DNA of 64,000 nt from Candidatus Omnitrophota bacterium (GCA_030681595.1 JAUXSB010000037.1:64319-128318), one strand, 5' to 3'. Numbered from the stretch's first letter, positions 18,597-27,868 are shown. Numbers and translations: made by a program. The notes: generated by a model not told the origin, from the sequence alone.

Positions 18597-18660
18597 CCAA
18601 TTAAAATTGGTAATTGAATAATTGGAAATTTATTGGGATTTGGTTAATTGGCAATTGGGA
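18597..18660. repeat. Intergenic tract rich in CCAATT/AATTGG repeats, including the palindrome ACCAATTAAAATTGGT.
   Basis: Read directly between the permease and ATPase genes. Confidence 0.5.
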
Positions 18661-18682
18661 ATTATATAATAAAATATAAGTT

Positions 18683-19354
18683 ATGCTAATCAAAACAATC
18701 AATCTAACTAAAACCTACACTATCGACGGCGACATCCAGACCCCTGCTTTGCGAGGAGTTGATATCGTAATAGATAAAGGTGAGTTTGTGGCGATTGCCG
18801 GCCCTTCCGGCTCCGGCAAGACCTCCCTCTTAAATCTTCTTGGCGCCTTAGATACCCCTACTTCCGGCTCTATTTTTTACGAAGATATCGATATCACTAA
18901 GATAGCTTTAAACGCGCTTTCCGGTTTTCGGCTAACACAAATCGGGTTTGTATTTCAGGCGTATAATCTTATAAACACGCTGACGGCGTTAGAAAACGTG
19001 GAATACATTATGCTGCTTAAGGGCGTTAGCGCGGATATCCGCAGGAAAAAAGCCGTGGATATTTTGGCCCGTGTCGGCTTAGGCGATTATATTAACCGTT
19101 TTCCGCGCCATATGAGCGGCGGCCAGCAGCAACGGGTGGCAGTCGCGCGTTCAATCGCGGCAGAACCAAAGGTAGTTTTGGCGGATGAGCCGACGGCAAA
19201 TCTTGATTCCAAAACCGCTGAATCCTTAATTGAGCTGATGAAAGAGCTAAATGCCGAAAAAGGCATTACTTTTATTTTCTCCACCCACGATAAAATGGTA
19301 ATGGATAAGGCAAAGCGCCTGATTAATCTTCATGACGGAAAGGTTGTAAGTTGA
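18683..19354 (+). CDS. ABC transporter ATP-binding protein (LolD/MacB-type).
   Basis: Walker A 'GPSGSGKTS', signature 'LSGGQQQRVAVARS', Walker B 'VVLADEPT'. Confidence 0.9.
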   Translation: MLIKTINLTKTYTIDGDIQTPALRGVDIVIDKGEFVAIAGPSGSGKTSLLNLLGALDTPTSGSIFYEDIDITKIALNALSGFRLTQIGFVFQAYNLINTLTALENVEYIMLLKGVSADIRRKKAVDILARVGLGDYINRFPRHMSGGQQQRVAVARSIAAEPKVVLADEPTANLDSKTAESLIELMKELNAEKGITFIFSTHDKMVMDKAKRLINLHDGKVVS

Positions 19355-20490
19355 AAAGAATTTTATTCGCGGTGATTTTTCTTCTCTTCCCTGCTTTATC
19401 TTTTTCTCAAACCGAAAGCAGCCTTGATATCAGCGGTTACTATAAAAACATCCTTATCCTCACCAAATCGCTTTATAGTAAGGAAGATATTTTTGCCGAC
19501 ACCAGCCGACTGCGCCTTGAGTTTAAAAAAGAAATCAAACCTTGGCAATTTTATCTCACCATAGATAACGAAGCAATTGCCAATGATTTTTCCAATACAT
19601 CGGATTTTAAATTCATCCGTTCAAAGCAGCAGGATAATTTGACAGCGATAGATTTAGATAAAGTTTCTGTTGATAACGAACATCTTTATTTAAAACATTC
19701 CGTTTACCGCGCCTACCTCAAATATTACAGCCCTAAGTTTCAGGCGGTAATCGGCAAACAGTCTATTGATTGGGGAAGGATGCGGTTTTATAGCCCGGTG
19801 GATTTGTTTAATTCGCTTGCTGCTACTGAACTTGAACCGGATGAGCGCGTAGGCATAGATGCCTTAAACCTAAATTTTTCTTCGTCAGACTTTTCCGGGC
19901 TGAATGTAGTTTTAGCTCCGGCGAAAAATTCAGGCGAAGCGAGCTTTGGCGCGAAGCTGTCCCGTAAAATCTCAACTTACGACTGCGCGTTTATGTTCGC
20001 CGATATCCGTAAAAACAAAGTATTAGGGTTTTTATTTGACGGATATATCAAAGAAGCGGGTTTCCGCGGCGAGTTTACTTATACCTTGCAAGATGATAAA
20101 CGGAATTTCCCGCGTGTTTCCCTCGGCATTGATTACAATTTTTTCGGCAGGCTCTATTTGCTGATTGAGCAGTTTTTCAACGGTGGCGCGGATGATAACG
20201 ATACAACCGCCCTCTCTTCTTCTTATGGGGAATCACGCAAGATACTTTCTTTAAAAAAGCATTTATCCGGCATAAATATTAATTATGAGTTAACGCCGTT
20301 GGTAAAGTTGGATAGTTTCACTGTTTATGACTGGGAAGGAAAAAGTGTTTTCGTAAGCCCTCAAATTCGCTATAATATCTGCCAGGACTTTGACTTATCT
20401 ATAGGCGTCCAATTGTTCTTTGGGCGGACAAATTCCGAATTTGGTGATTATAACCACCTCTACTTTTTTGAAGCGAAGAAATACTTTTAG
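19351..20490 (+). CDS. Secreted protein, probable outer-membrane beta-barrel.
   Basis: Signal peptide 'AVIFLLFPALSFSQ'. Alternating amphipathic strands. Ends in '...EAKKYF' with an aromatic C-terminus. Start overlaps the ATPase stop (translational coupling). Confidence 0.5.
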   Translation: MKRILFAVIFLLFPALSFSQTESSLDISGYYKNILILTKSLYSKEDIFADTSRLRLEFKKEIKPWQFYLTIDNEAIANDFSNTSDFKFIRSKQQDNLTAIDLDKVSVDNEHLYLKHSVYRAYLKYYSPKFQAVIGKQSIDWGRMRFYSPVDLFNSLAATELEPDERVGIDALNLNFSSSDFSGLNVVLAPAKNSGEASFGAKLSRKISTYDCAFMFADIRKNKVLGFLFDGYIKEAGFRGEFTYTLQDDKRNFPRVSLGIDYNFFGRLYLLIEQFFNGGADDNDTTALSSSYGESRKILSLKKHLSGININYELTPLVKLDSFTVYDWEGKSVFVSPQIRYNICQDFDLSIGVQLFFGRTNSEFGDYNHLYFFEAKKYF

Positions 20491-20507
20491 CATTATCTTG
20501 CAAAGCT

Positions 20508-21878
20508 ATGGAAAAAAAATATTCTATTCTCGCGAAACAAACCGAACAGTTCAAGAAATACTTTAGAACCATTAACCCGGATAAGCTAAAGGCCCAATCC
20601 GAGTATAAAGCGGTTATGGCGTTTAGAGCCGCTGTCAAAAACTCCCCTGCTTATGCCGACTTTATCAAAAAATCAACCGGCATTGATCCTCGCCGCGTAA
20701 ATAAGATACAGCATTTTAAAGAATTTGTGCCGATATTAGATAAGGATAAAGTTTTCGGCGCCTATTCCGGAAAAATTGAAAGCTGGTGCAAAGGCACTAA
20801 TTTAGATAATGTCGGAGAAATCGTTTCCAGTTCCGGGCATTCCGGAAAATTTTCTTTCGGCATAAACAGCCGCAGCAGCCAAAAATATTCCCGCCAGTTA
20901 ACCGATATAATGCTGGATTATACCTTTGGTATTTCCCGCAAGAAGACGTTACTTATTAATACGCTGGCGATGGGGATTAGGATTTCATCTGATTATGTAA
21001 CTGTTGCCGATACCGGCCCGCGAACTGATACAGTTATCGCTTTACTTAAGGAGTTTGCGCCTAAGTTCGAGCAGGTTATTGTTGCCGCGGATAATAATTT
21101 TATCAAAAATACTTTAGAAGAAGCCAGGGAATCACATGTTGATACAAAAGACGTGAAAATTCATTTGATATTGGGTGAAGAAATCCTGGCGGAAAATCTG
21201 CGCAGTTATCTCGCTAGCCTCTTATACGAGGATTTGGATAACCCTGATGGCGCGTTTATCGGTTCTTCGTTTGGCATTGCCGAGCTGGGATTAAATCTTT
21301 TATTTGAAACAAGGCAGTCTATCCGCCTGCGCCGCGTGACGCAGAAGGATAATCAGTTTAGCGCTCCGCCTGCAATATTTCAGTATCTTCCTACGCGGGC
21401 ATACCTTGAAGAATATGAGTCTAAGGAGAGCGGAACAGAATTATTGATGACCAACTTAGACGATAGCGCCTTATTGCCTTTGGTGCGCTATAATACAAAA
21501 GAAAACGCGAAGCTTATCGCGTCCCCCAAAGGAGAGCTGCCGCTTAACCTGCCGTTTATTACGGTTTACGGGCGGGATAAGCTTATCGCTAAGGATGGTT
21601 TGGTTATAAGGCCTGAGTTAATTAAGGAAGCGCTCTTTTTGAATTGCGATGTCGCCTCTTCTGTTACGGGCTATTTTAGGATTAGCCAGACCGACGGCGT
21701 TTTAAACATAGATGTTCAGCTTAAAAAAGGAAAAGATAATCTCTCTCAAATAAGGGATAACATACAAAGTTCTTTCTCTTATTTTCTGAAATTCCCCCAC
21801 ATAGTCAATGTGCACCCCTACTATTCTTTCCCCTTTGGTTTAGAATTGGACTACGAGAGGAAATTCCGTTATATTTAA
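20508..21878 (+). CDS. Adenylate-forming enzyme, PaaK/F390-synthetase/LuxE acyl-protein-synthetase-like.
   Basis: 'VSSSGHSGKFSFG' resembles the SSGTTG phosphate-binding loop of this superfamily. 456 aa. Confidence 0.45.
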   Translation: MEKKYSILAKQTEQFKKYFRTINPDKLKAQSEYKAVMAFRAAVKNSPAYADFIKKSTGIDPRRVNKIQHFKEFVPILDKDKVFGAYSGKIESWCKGTNLDNVGEIVSSSGHSGKFSFGINSRSSQKYSRQLTDIMLDYTFGISRKKTLLINTLAMGIRISSDYVTVADTGPRTDTVIALLKEFAPKFEQVIVAADNNFIKNTLEEARESHVDTKDVKIHLILGEEILAENLRSYLASLLYEDLDNPDGAFIGSSFGIAELGLNLLFETRQSIRLRRVTQKDNQFSAPPAIFQYLPTRAYLEEYESKESGTELLMTNLDDSALLPLVRYNTKENAKLIASPKGELPLNLPFITVYGRDKLIAKDGLVIRPELIKEALFLNCDVASSVTGYFRISQTDGVLNIDVQLKKGKDNLSQIRDNIQSSFSYFLKFPHIVNVHPYYSFPFGLELDYERKFRYI

Positions 21879-21915
21879 TCGTTTCTCCCGCGCAAAATTA
21901 TGGTTAAAAATAAAA

Positions 21916-21940
21916 ATGCGGAAGAATTTTCCTTCCGCAT
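21916..21940. terminator. Bidirectional intrinsic terminator between convergent genes.
   Basis: ATGCGGAAG-7 nt-CTTCCGCAT, flanked by A-rich and T-rich runs on either side. Confidence 0.55.
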
Positions 21941-21967
21941 TAGTTTAACCTATCGTTTGATTTTTTG

Positions 21968-22651
21968 TTATGCTGTTGCCGGTTCCAATAGTTTCTGAAA
22001 GATATTTTGCGAATTAATTTTTAGGCCGCGCAGACTTTTTTCTATCTCTCTAAGCACGCTTAAATACGGCACTACTCTGCCGTAATATTCAATCGGCTCG
22101 CCTAAGGCATTGAAGACAAACCCGTGTGTATCAACTAAATTATATAAAGAATCTTCCATGGCGGCGCACCAGTGGGTAATATTCCGGCGTTTGCTTTCTT
22201 GATAGGCTACGCCATATAGGCCGAATAATATAGGGCTTATGGTGCACTTAGATTCTTTTATTGCGCCTTTGGTTTTTCCAATGATAACATGATAAGGGTC
22301 GTTCCACTGGCCGATACGGTATTCTTTTCTAATTACGAGGCGGGATATTTCAGCGATATTCTCACGGTTAGCCTCTTTATATTTAGCAAAAAGCGGGTAA
22401 TGGCAGTATTTTTCCATCGGGAAGCCGTATTCAGAGTCTAACACCAGCCTTACTGCTCCCGCTAAAACACCTTTTTTATCTATAGCGGCGATATGTATAG
22501 AGTAATCATCGAACTTGTCGCTTTCTTTGTTATCCTGGCAGTCTTCGCAAGAGATAAAATCATTTTCTTTTACATAAATCTGAAAGCGCAGGCGATAAAT
22601 TTCTTCCTGCAATTCTCGGGAACTAACTAATTTAAAGGTAAAATTAAGCAT
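21968..22651 (-). CDS. GNAT-fold N-acyl amino acid synthase, PEP-CTERM/exosortase-associated family (paralog of 15685-16416).
   Basis: 'LRFQIYVKENDFI...DDYSIHIAAID...GAVRLVL' and 'ITHWCAAMEDSLYNLV' align with the other paralog. Confidence 0.65.
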   Translation of the reverse strand: MLNFTFKLVSSRELQEEIYRLRFQIYVKENDFISCEDCQDNKESDKFDDYSIHIAAIDKKGVLAGAVRLVLDSEYGFPMEKYCHYPLFAKYKEANRENIAEISRLVIRKEYRIGQWNDPYHVIIGKTKGAIKESKCTISPILFGLYGVAYQESKRRNITHWCAAMEDSLYNLVDTHGFVFNALGEPIEYYGRVVPYLSVLREIEKSLRGLKINSQNIFQKLLEPATA

Positions 22652-22742
22652 TCTAAATAATTTAATATGTATATTAGACTAAAAGCAGGAGTTATTCGCT
22701 CCTGCTTTTATTGTATCACCTTTTATATGTTCCGTTAATCTT

Positions 22743-23645
22743 TTATATTTTTTTCTTCTTTCTAAAAAAGCCTAATCCCGCTAAGCCGCTTAGAAAAAGT
22801 GCTGTTGTTGCGGGTTCGGGTATTACGTTATCTCCCGGAGTAAATGTTCCGGAGAGGAAAACTTCTTCAAAGCCATTATCAATTTCGTCAAATCTTAGGT
22901 CAACAACGAATAAATAGTTTGAACTGTCATATGGCGCAAGGTCCATAGTAGGGGCGAATACCGCGTAATCAAGCCGGGCATTGCCGCTTCTATTATTATC
23001 GATCGTATAGGTTGCGCTTGAATCACCGGTTAAAATAAGCTCATTTGGTACTGTTGCCCAAGCACTGGGGTCAAATATACCGTCATTGACATTATCTAAA
23101 GACCATGATGCTACGACGGCGTTGCTGTTATTGGTATCGAGGATTCTTACTTGGCCGACAACGTTTAGAAACTCGCCTGCGCTGTTTGGCTCGTGAGAGT
23201 CAAAATTAAATACCGGAGTAGTAACTCCCGGGCCAAACTGTGCTTCAAGATAGTCAAGGACTTTATCCACACCTACCGGGCCGTTGGCTTGAATACCGTT
23301 TCCCCATATCCCAGAGAAAGTACTGGTACCGGCTCCCGGCGCATCAATCGCGCTTTCAAAGGTGAATGCGCCTGCTCCTACACCTACATTTGCGCTCCCC
23401 GGTCCATTATAAATAATTACATCAAGCCCTCCTGTTCCGGCGTTTACATCCCAATCCGAAGCAGGTAAACCAAATTCCAGCATCAGCGAAGCCGGAAATG
23501 TATAGAATTCATCAATTTGGCTTGCGTATTGTATGCCGTCAAATGTAGAGGTAGGATCAGGTAGTGTTACAACAGCCGATGCCCTTGCGGTAAGACAAAA
23601 GCTAAAAATTAGTATCGCCATTGCCGCTAATATCTTTTTTGTCAT
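22743..23645 (-). CDS. PEP-CTERM sorting-domain protein (exosortase substrate).
   Basis: N-terminal signal peptide. C-terminus is 'PEPATTALFLSGLAGLGFFRKKKKI', i.e. PEP + TM + basic tail. Confidence 0.85.
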   Translation of the reverse strand: MTKKILAAMAILIFSFCLTARASAVVTLPDPTSTFDGIQYASQIDEFYTFPASLMLEFGLPASDWDVNAGTGGLDVIIYNGPGSANVGVGAGAFTFESAIDAPGAGTSTFSGIWGNGIQANGPVGVDKVLDYLEAQFGPGVTTPVFNFDSHEPNSAGEFLNVVGQVRILDTNNSNAVVASWSLDNVNDGIFDPSAWATVPNELILTGDSSATYTIDNNRSGNARLDYAVFAPTMDLAPYDSSNYLFVVDLRFDEIDNGFEEVFLSGTFTPGDNVIPEPATTALFLSGLAGLGFFRKKKKI

Positions 23646-23827
23646 CTTTTCCTCACTTTTTTGGGGCTGGCTTAAATTAATTAGAGTTAAGTTTTTTCCT
23701 TAGAAAATATATTTTAAAGATTCAGAGTTTTTTATTTAATAAAAGAAAAATAATAAAAAATAAGGCCGAATTATACTTCTTATTTATTTTAAAAGGTTTT
23801 TAAAAATATTGCTAAATAAATTTAAAT

Positions 23828-23860
23828 AAGGCGCCTTAACTTTGTGAGCTAAGGCGCCTT
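23828..23860. terminator. Hairpin formed by two copies of the self-complementary decamer AAGGCGCCTT (13-nt spacer), with a third degenerate copy at 23890. Probable terminator of the upstream PEP-CTERM gene and/or operator.
   Basis: Read directly. T/A-rich flanks on both sides. Confidence 0.45.
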
Positions 23861-23922
23861 TTCGTCGACTAAGAGCTCTTAACCTAAAAAAGGCGCTTAA
23901 CTTTACACCTTACGGTATAAAT

Positions 23923-24771
23923 TTAAGCAATCTTTTTTCTTTTTTTCGTTACTGCTAAACCAGCCATGCCAATACCGAATAAAAGCATTGATGTTGGTTC
24001 AGGAATCACATTAGCTTCACCACCTGCATCGCCTCTGACTACCCAATTACCTACTGGAGTATTTGAATTGTCCCTGACAGTAAAGGTAAAAGATAGATCA
24101 GAACCATATAGCTGTGTATTGGTATCATAGACTGAATCCCACGCACCAAGGCCTGTTGTGGCTAAGTACATAGCACCATTACCCGAACTCGTTAAAAAAT
24201 CAAAACCAGAGGTTAAGGTATGGCCTGAGCCAGAGAGATCAACTGGCGCTAAATCAAGCACCAATAAGCCATCTGTAACTCCGCTATAAGCAGACACGCC
24301 GGTTCTACCACCTGTTCCTAAGGTACCGTTGAAATCGGGAGTTACATCTAGATAAGCAGAGATGTGGCCCAACTTTGAAAGAATCGTTGTGTCACCCACG
24401 AAATCCGGCGATGATAAAGCGTCGTCATCAAAACCGTAAAACATAAAGGTTAACTCTTGAGTGCCGCTCCTTTGAAATATAGGATTGCCTGTCAGAATCT
24501 CCTCTATGCGTGACACGGTTCCAATGCCCCACGTATCTTCCGCCCCGTCAACATTTCCAAAAGTGTTTTCGGGGATAGTGTATCCACCCGCTGGGTTTGT
24601 GCCGAAAGGTGCCGGATTAACGTTGGTAGGTGTATATACGCCTGCGCTATACGAATACAATCTCCCCCAATCATATAATTTGTCAACATCGAGCGTGACC
24701 GGTATAGCGTAAGCATTGCTTAAGCCGAGAACTAATAACAACGTTGCAACTAATAATAATAATTTCTTCAT
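23923..24771 (-). CDS. PEP-CTERM sorting-domain protein.
   Basis: Signal peptide 'MKKLLLLVATLLLVLGLSNAYA' (internal start; the track ORF extends to 24855). C-terminus 'VIPEPTSMLLFGIGMAGLAVTKKRKKIA'. Confidence 0.85.
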   Translation of the reverse strand: MKKLLLLVATLLLVLGLSNAYAIPVTLDVDKLYDWGRLYSYSAGVYTPTNVNPAPFGTNPAGGYTIPENTFGNVDGAEDTWGIGTVSRIEEILTGNPIFQRSGTQELTFMFYGFDDDALSSPDFVGDTTILSKLGHISAYLDVTPDFNGTLGTGGRTGVSAYSGVTDGLLVLDLAPVDLSGSGHTLTSGFDFLTSSGNGAMYLATTGLGAWDSVYDTNTQLYGSDLSFTFTVRDNSNTPVGNWVVRGDAGGEANVIPEPTSMLLFGIGMAGLAVTKKRKKIA

Positions 24772-24904
24772 TAATTTTTTCACCCCCCTTCTTTTATACG
24801 TTATATATTTTATCCTTAAGTCCGTGGCTCTTGCCCCGTTAGAAAACTTTAACAAAGTTAAAGGTGTTTTTCTAATGGGGTTTTACTTATGGATATCAAT
24901 ATTC

Positions 24905-25192
24905 TTATTTTTTATATCCTTTTTTACGCCTTGCTATTGCCATACCCAAAAGCCCGCTGCCGAAAAGTATCAATGTTGCCGGCTCTGGGTTATGGGTTGT
25001 CTTTCCGATATCGCCGCCCCCACCGTCTCCGGTATCACCGCTGCCGCCAGTACCTCCGCTGCCGCTGGAAGAATCAGATGCGGCAAATAAGCTGTCGGAG
25101 TCAACGGATGAGCTGGAGCCGCCACCGCCGAAACATCCGGAAAGCGATATTGTTAAAAGCATTACCATAAATATTACACTGACAATTTTCAT
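24905..25192 (-). CDS. Small (95 aa) lipoprotein-type PEP-CTERM protein with a Gly/Ser-rich linker.
   Basis: Lipobox 'LSGCF', a low-complexity G/S/D region, and C-terminal 'NPEPATLILFGSGLLGMAIARRKKGYKK'. Confidence 0.75.
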   Translation of the reverse strand: MKIVSVIFMVMLLTISLSGCFGGGGSSSSVDSDSLFAASDSSSGSGGTGGSGDTGDGGGGDIGKTTHNPEPATLILFGSGLLGMAIARRKKGYKK

Positions 25193-25206
25193 GTTACTCC
25201 TTTTTC

Positions 25207-26064
25207 TTATCGGGCGCCCTGCCCTGTTAAAACCACAAACATAGTTTTAAATAAAATCCGTATATCTACCATTAAACACATTTTGCGGATATACAGAAGG
25301 TCATATTTTATTTTTTTCTTGACATCTTCAATTGTTTCGTCATATTTATGCCAGACTTGGGCTAAGCCGGTAATGCCGGGATTAACCGCCAGGCGTTTTT
25401 CATAATCAGGAATAACCTCTTTTAGTTTGACAACAAATTCCGGCCTTTCCGGGCGGGGGCCGACAATGCTCATCTCGCCATGTAAGACATTTATTAACTG
25501 GGGAAGTTCGTCTATATGGCCTTTTCTGAATAATTTTCCGATAAAAGGTATAAGCCGCGGGTCATTTTCCTTTGCCCAGACAGCGCCGGTTGCTTTTTCG
25601 GCATCCGGCCTCATTGTGCGCAATTTAAATATATAAAAAATTGCGCCGTTTTTACCCACTCTTTCCTGACGGAAAAACACCGTGCCTTTCGGAGAAATAA
25701 TTTTTGTTAGGATTGCCGCTGATAAAATAAGCGGTGAAGTTATGATTAGCCCGATAACCGAAACGACAACATCAAAGCCGCGTTTAAACTCCTGAAATCT
25801 CCTGCGGGCAAAACGGATAAGGTAACCCATAATTCCTGTGCTAAAGAGTATAAAACTGCTTGCTTCTGGGGCGTGCGAGCGCGGATTTCGTGAGGTTTGG
25901 CTTGTATCTATTGATTCCGGCCTTGTTATGGTGGATTCCGATAGCGAAGATACCGAAGAGATCGGCGTGGCATAAACACGGCTATTTATAAGCAAAAATA
26001 TGCCTGCAGCAATCAGGCAGAGCATGCAGAAGTTAAATACGGATTTTTTAATTTTTTGTGCCAT
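25207..26064 (-). CDS. Bacterial sugar transferase (undecaprenyl-phosphate hexose-1-phosphate transferase, WbaP/EpsB-C-terminal type). Initiating enzyme of the exopolysaccharide pathway.
   Basis: 'GFDVVVSVIGLIITSPLIL...SPKGTVFFRQERVGKNGAIFYIFKLRTM...IDELPQLINVLHGEMSIVGPRPE' is the PF02397 signature. The N-terminal extension carries a PEP-CTERM-like segment. Confidence 0.85.
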   Translation of the reverse strand: MAQKIKKSVFNFCMLCLIAAGIFLLINSRVYATPISSVSSLSESTITRPESIDTSQTSRNPRSHAPEASSFILFSTGIMGYLIRFARRRFQEFKRGFDVVVSVIGLIITSPLILSAAILTKIISPKGTVFFRQERVGKNGAIFYIFKLRTMRPDAEKATGAVWAKENDPRLIPFIGKLFRKGHIDELPQLINVLHGEMSIVGPRPERPEFVVKLKEVIPDYEKRLAVNPGITGLAQVWHKYDETIEDVKKKIKYDLLYIRKMCLMVDIRILFKTMFVVLTGQGAR

Positions 26065-26410
26065 TACTTCTTATGGATTATACTTTCAAAAAGTTTTATG
26101 AAAGCGCTTTCATTTCGCTCTAGTATTATTATATAGAGCACTTTCCGTGCCAACTTTGTTAAACGAGAGAAAAATTTACTATTTTTTTTAACTCTTTTAT
26201 TTTCAATGAGTTAAAAATGAGCATTTGGACGGGAATAAGCCGTTATGTCTTAGACATAGTATGACATTAACGGAATTACTATAATCTTATGCTGTATATT
26301 TTTTAGACACTGTCAAAATTTTTGGACACTCTTAAGGGTAAGGTAAGATTTATGGGGTCATTTTAGGAAAGAAATCTCGAGGCTTATAGCTCGGGGAGGT
26401 TAATTTTTGT

Positions 26411-27028
26411 TTATGGTATGATTTTAACTATTGTGGGCATGATTTCGCGGATAAAGCCAGCTAATCTCTCTTCTGTTTCTTTTTCATCTTTAGTTATTGT
26501 TGTGGAAATTCTAATCATCGCCCCACCTGAAGATTTACCTTGCAGCTGATTAAGCATAATACGAAGTTGCTGGTTTAGATAATTAGGCGTGAATGTCTTA
26601 CCGCTTTTAAACCAATAAAACATTAGTTCGCGAGCCCCCCCTTTTTCTGCTATGAGATAGTTTGTTTTTAGCGGCGAACCAGTAAGGGTAATTTCTTCTG
26701 TTGTCTTTTTAATGATTGATACTCCGCTTCCGGTAAGGCAGACTTCCGGCGGATGTGATGCCTTGCGGTTCTTATCGGAATATATGATATATAAAACTAT
26801 CGCCGGCTCCCCGCTTTTTTTGTATTCCCTGAGTAATAAATTTCTTGTTTCTAATATTTCATAGACTTTTTCTTCCAAGACTATATCTTCCCCCTGCCAA
26901 TCTGCGATCTGTTTCGGGAAATTAGCTACGTTAAAGGCATCCTCCGGTTTTATCTGCTGGTAATATAAAAATAAGCTTAATGCCGCTGTCAGTGAAAATA
27001 TTATTATGATTAGAATATGACGCTTCAT
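26411..27028 (-). CDS. epsI: EpsI-family exosortase-associated protein.
   Basis: Single N-terminal TM. 'PKQIADWQGEDIVLEEKVYEILETRNLLLREY' and 'FYWFKSGKTFTPNYLNQ' are typical of EpsI (TIGR02914-like). Sits directly downstream of the exosortase. Confidence 0.7.
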   Translation of the reverse strand: MKRHILIIIIFSLTAALSLFLYYQQIKPEDAFNVANFPKQIADWQGEDIVLEEKVYEILETRNLLLREYKKSGEPAIVLYIIYSDKNRKASHPPEVCLTGSGVSIIKKTTEEITLTGSPLKTNYLIAEKGGARELMFYWFKSGKTFTPNYLNQQLRIMLNQLQGKSSGGAMIRISTTITKDEKETEERLAGFIREIMPTIVKIIP

Positions 27029-27042
27029 TTTATGGTCTCCTT

Positions 27043-27852
27043 TTACTCTAGTATCCTGCTCACTATCACCATCCCTATAAACGCCACTACAAATACCATC
27101 ATGCCTGCCGCGTCATGGATGAAGCCTTTAGCATATTGGGGGCCGTAAACCTCGCTCACAAAACATAAGAATACGATACGCGTGATATTGGAGGCAAGTG
27201 CCAGCGGTACCGAGGCAATGAGCATTATTCCCTTTTTTATTTTAGAGCCTTTTAGGTAATAGGCAAACAGGCTTCCCAGCGCTAAAAGCGCGATTAGCGA
27301 GCGCAGGCCTGAGCAGGGGTCTTCTACCATGAGGTTGGCATGGCGCATATGGATTAGGCTGCCTGTTCTTACCGCGGGAATCCCCATTTTATTCACTATG
27401 AATGTGGACATATGCGCGGCAAATATTTTCATTTTAAAACTGATGTTGGCGATAGCCACCAAAGGAAGCGGTACCATAAAAAGAAGAAACGATATGGGAA
27501 ACGCCAGTGGTTTTAACGTAGTTTTTCCGCCGAAATAGAGCGCAATACCGGCTAATGTGATAAGCATTGAGAGCCCTGAGCTAAAATAGACCCGCATCCA
27601 TGCGCTTAACAAGTGTATAACCAGTCCAACGCCGATTAATATCAATCCCAGATTAGACGGTTTATATTGCAATTTTAGTTTTTTTAGGCTTTGCCAGACG
27701 ATAAATCCCGATATCAGCGGCACAAGTATCCCGTGGCCATAATAAGAATCTTTCGCCTCCCATCTGTCCCACATCCAGATTAATGTCGGAAAATACGTGG
27801 CGATAAATAATACTGAAATTATTAATGGCTTAACTATTTTTTTATTGTCCAT
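27043..27852 (-). CDS. Exosortase (EpsH/Xrt family).
   Basis: Polytopic membrane protein with the catalytic-Cys motif 'DPCSGLRSL' and 'FIGMVIVSR'. Internal Met start at 'MDNKKIV'. Confidence 0.85.
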   Translation of the reverse strand: MDNKKIVKPLIISVLFIATYFPTLIWMWDRWEAKDSYYGHGILVPLISGFIVWQSLKKLKLQYKPSNLGLILIGVGLVIHLLSAWMRVYFSSGLSMLITLAGIALYFGGKTTLKPLAFPISFLLFMVPLPLVAIANISFKMKIFAAHMSTFIVNKMGIPAVRTGSLIHMRHANLMVEDPCSGLRSLIALLALGSLFAYYLKGSKIKKGIMLIASVPLALASNITRIVFLCFVSEVYGPQYAKGFIHDAAGMMVFVVAFIGMVIVSRILE

Positions 27853-27868
27853 AATAGAGTTCTCCTTC

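Noticed and set aside
23646-23922. Possible small RNA or CRISPR-like repeats in the long AT-rich spacer.
   Set aside because: Only two or three short palindromic decamers with irregular spacing were found. There is no repeat-spacer periodicity. They are better explained as a terminator or operator.
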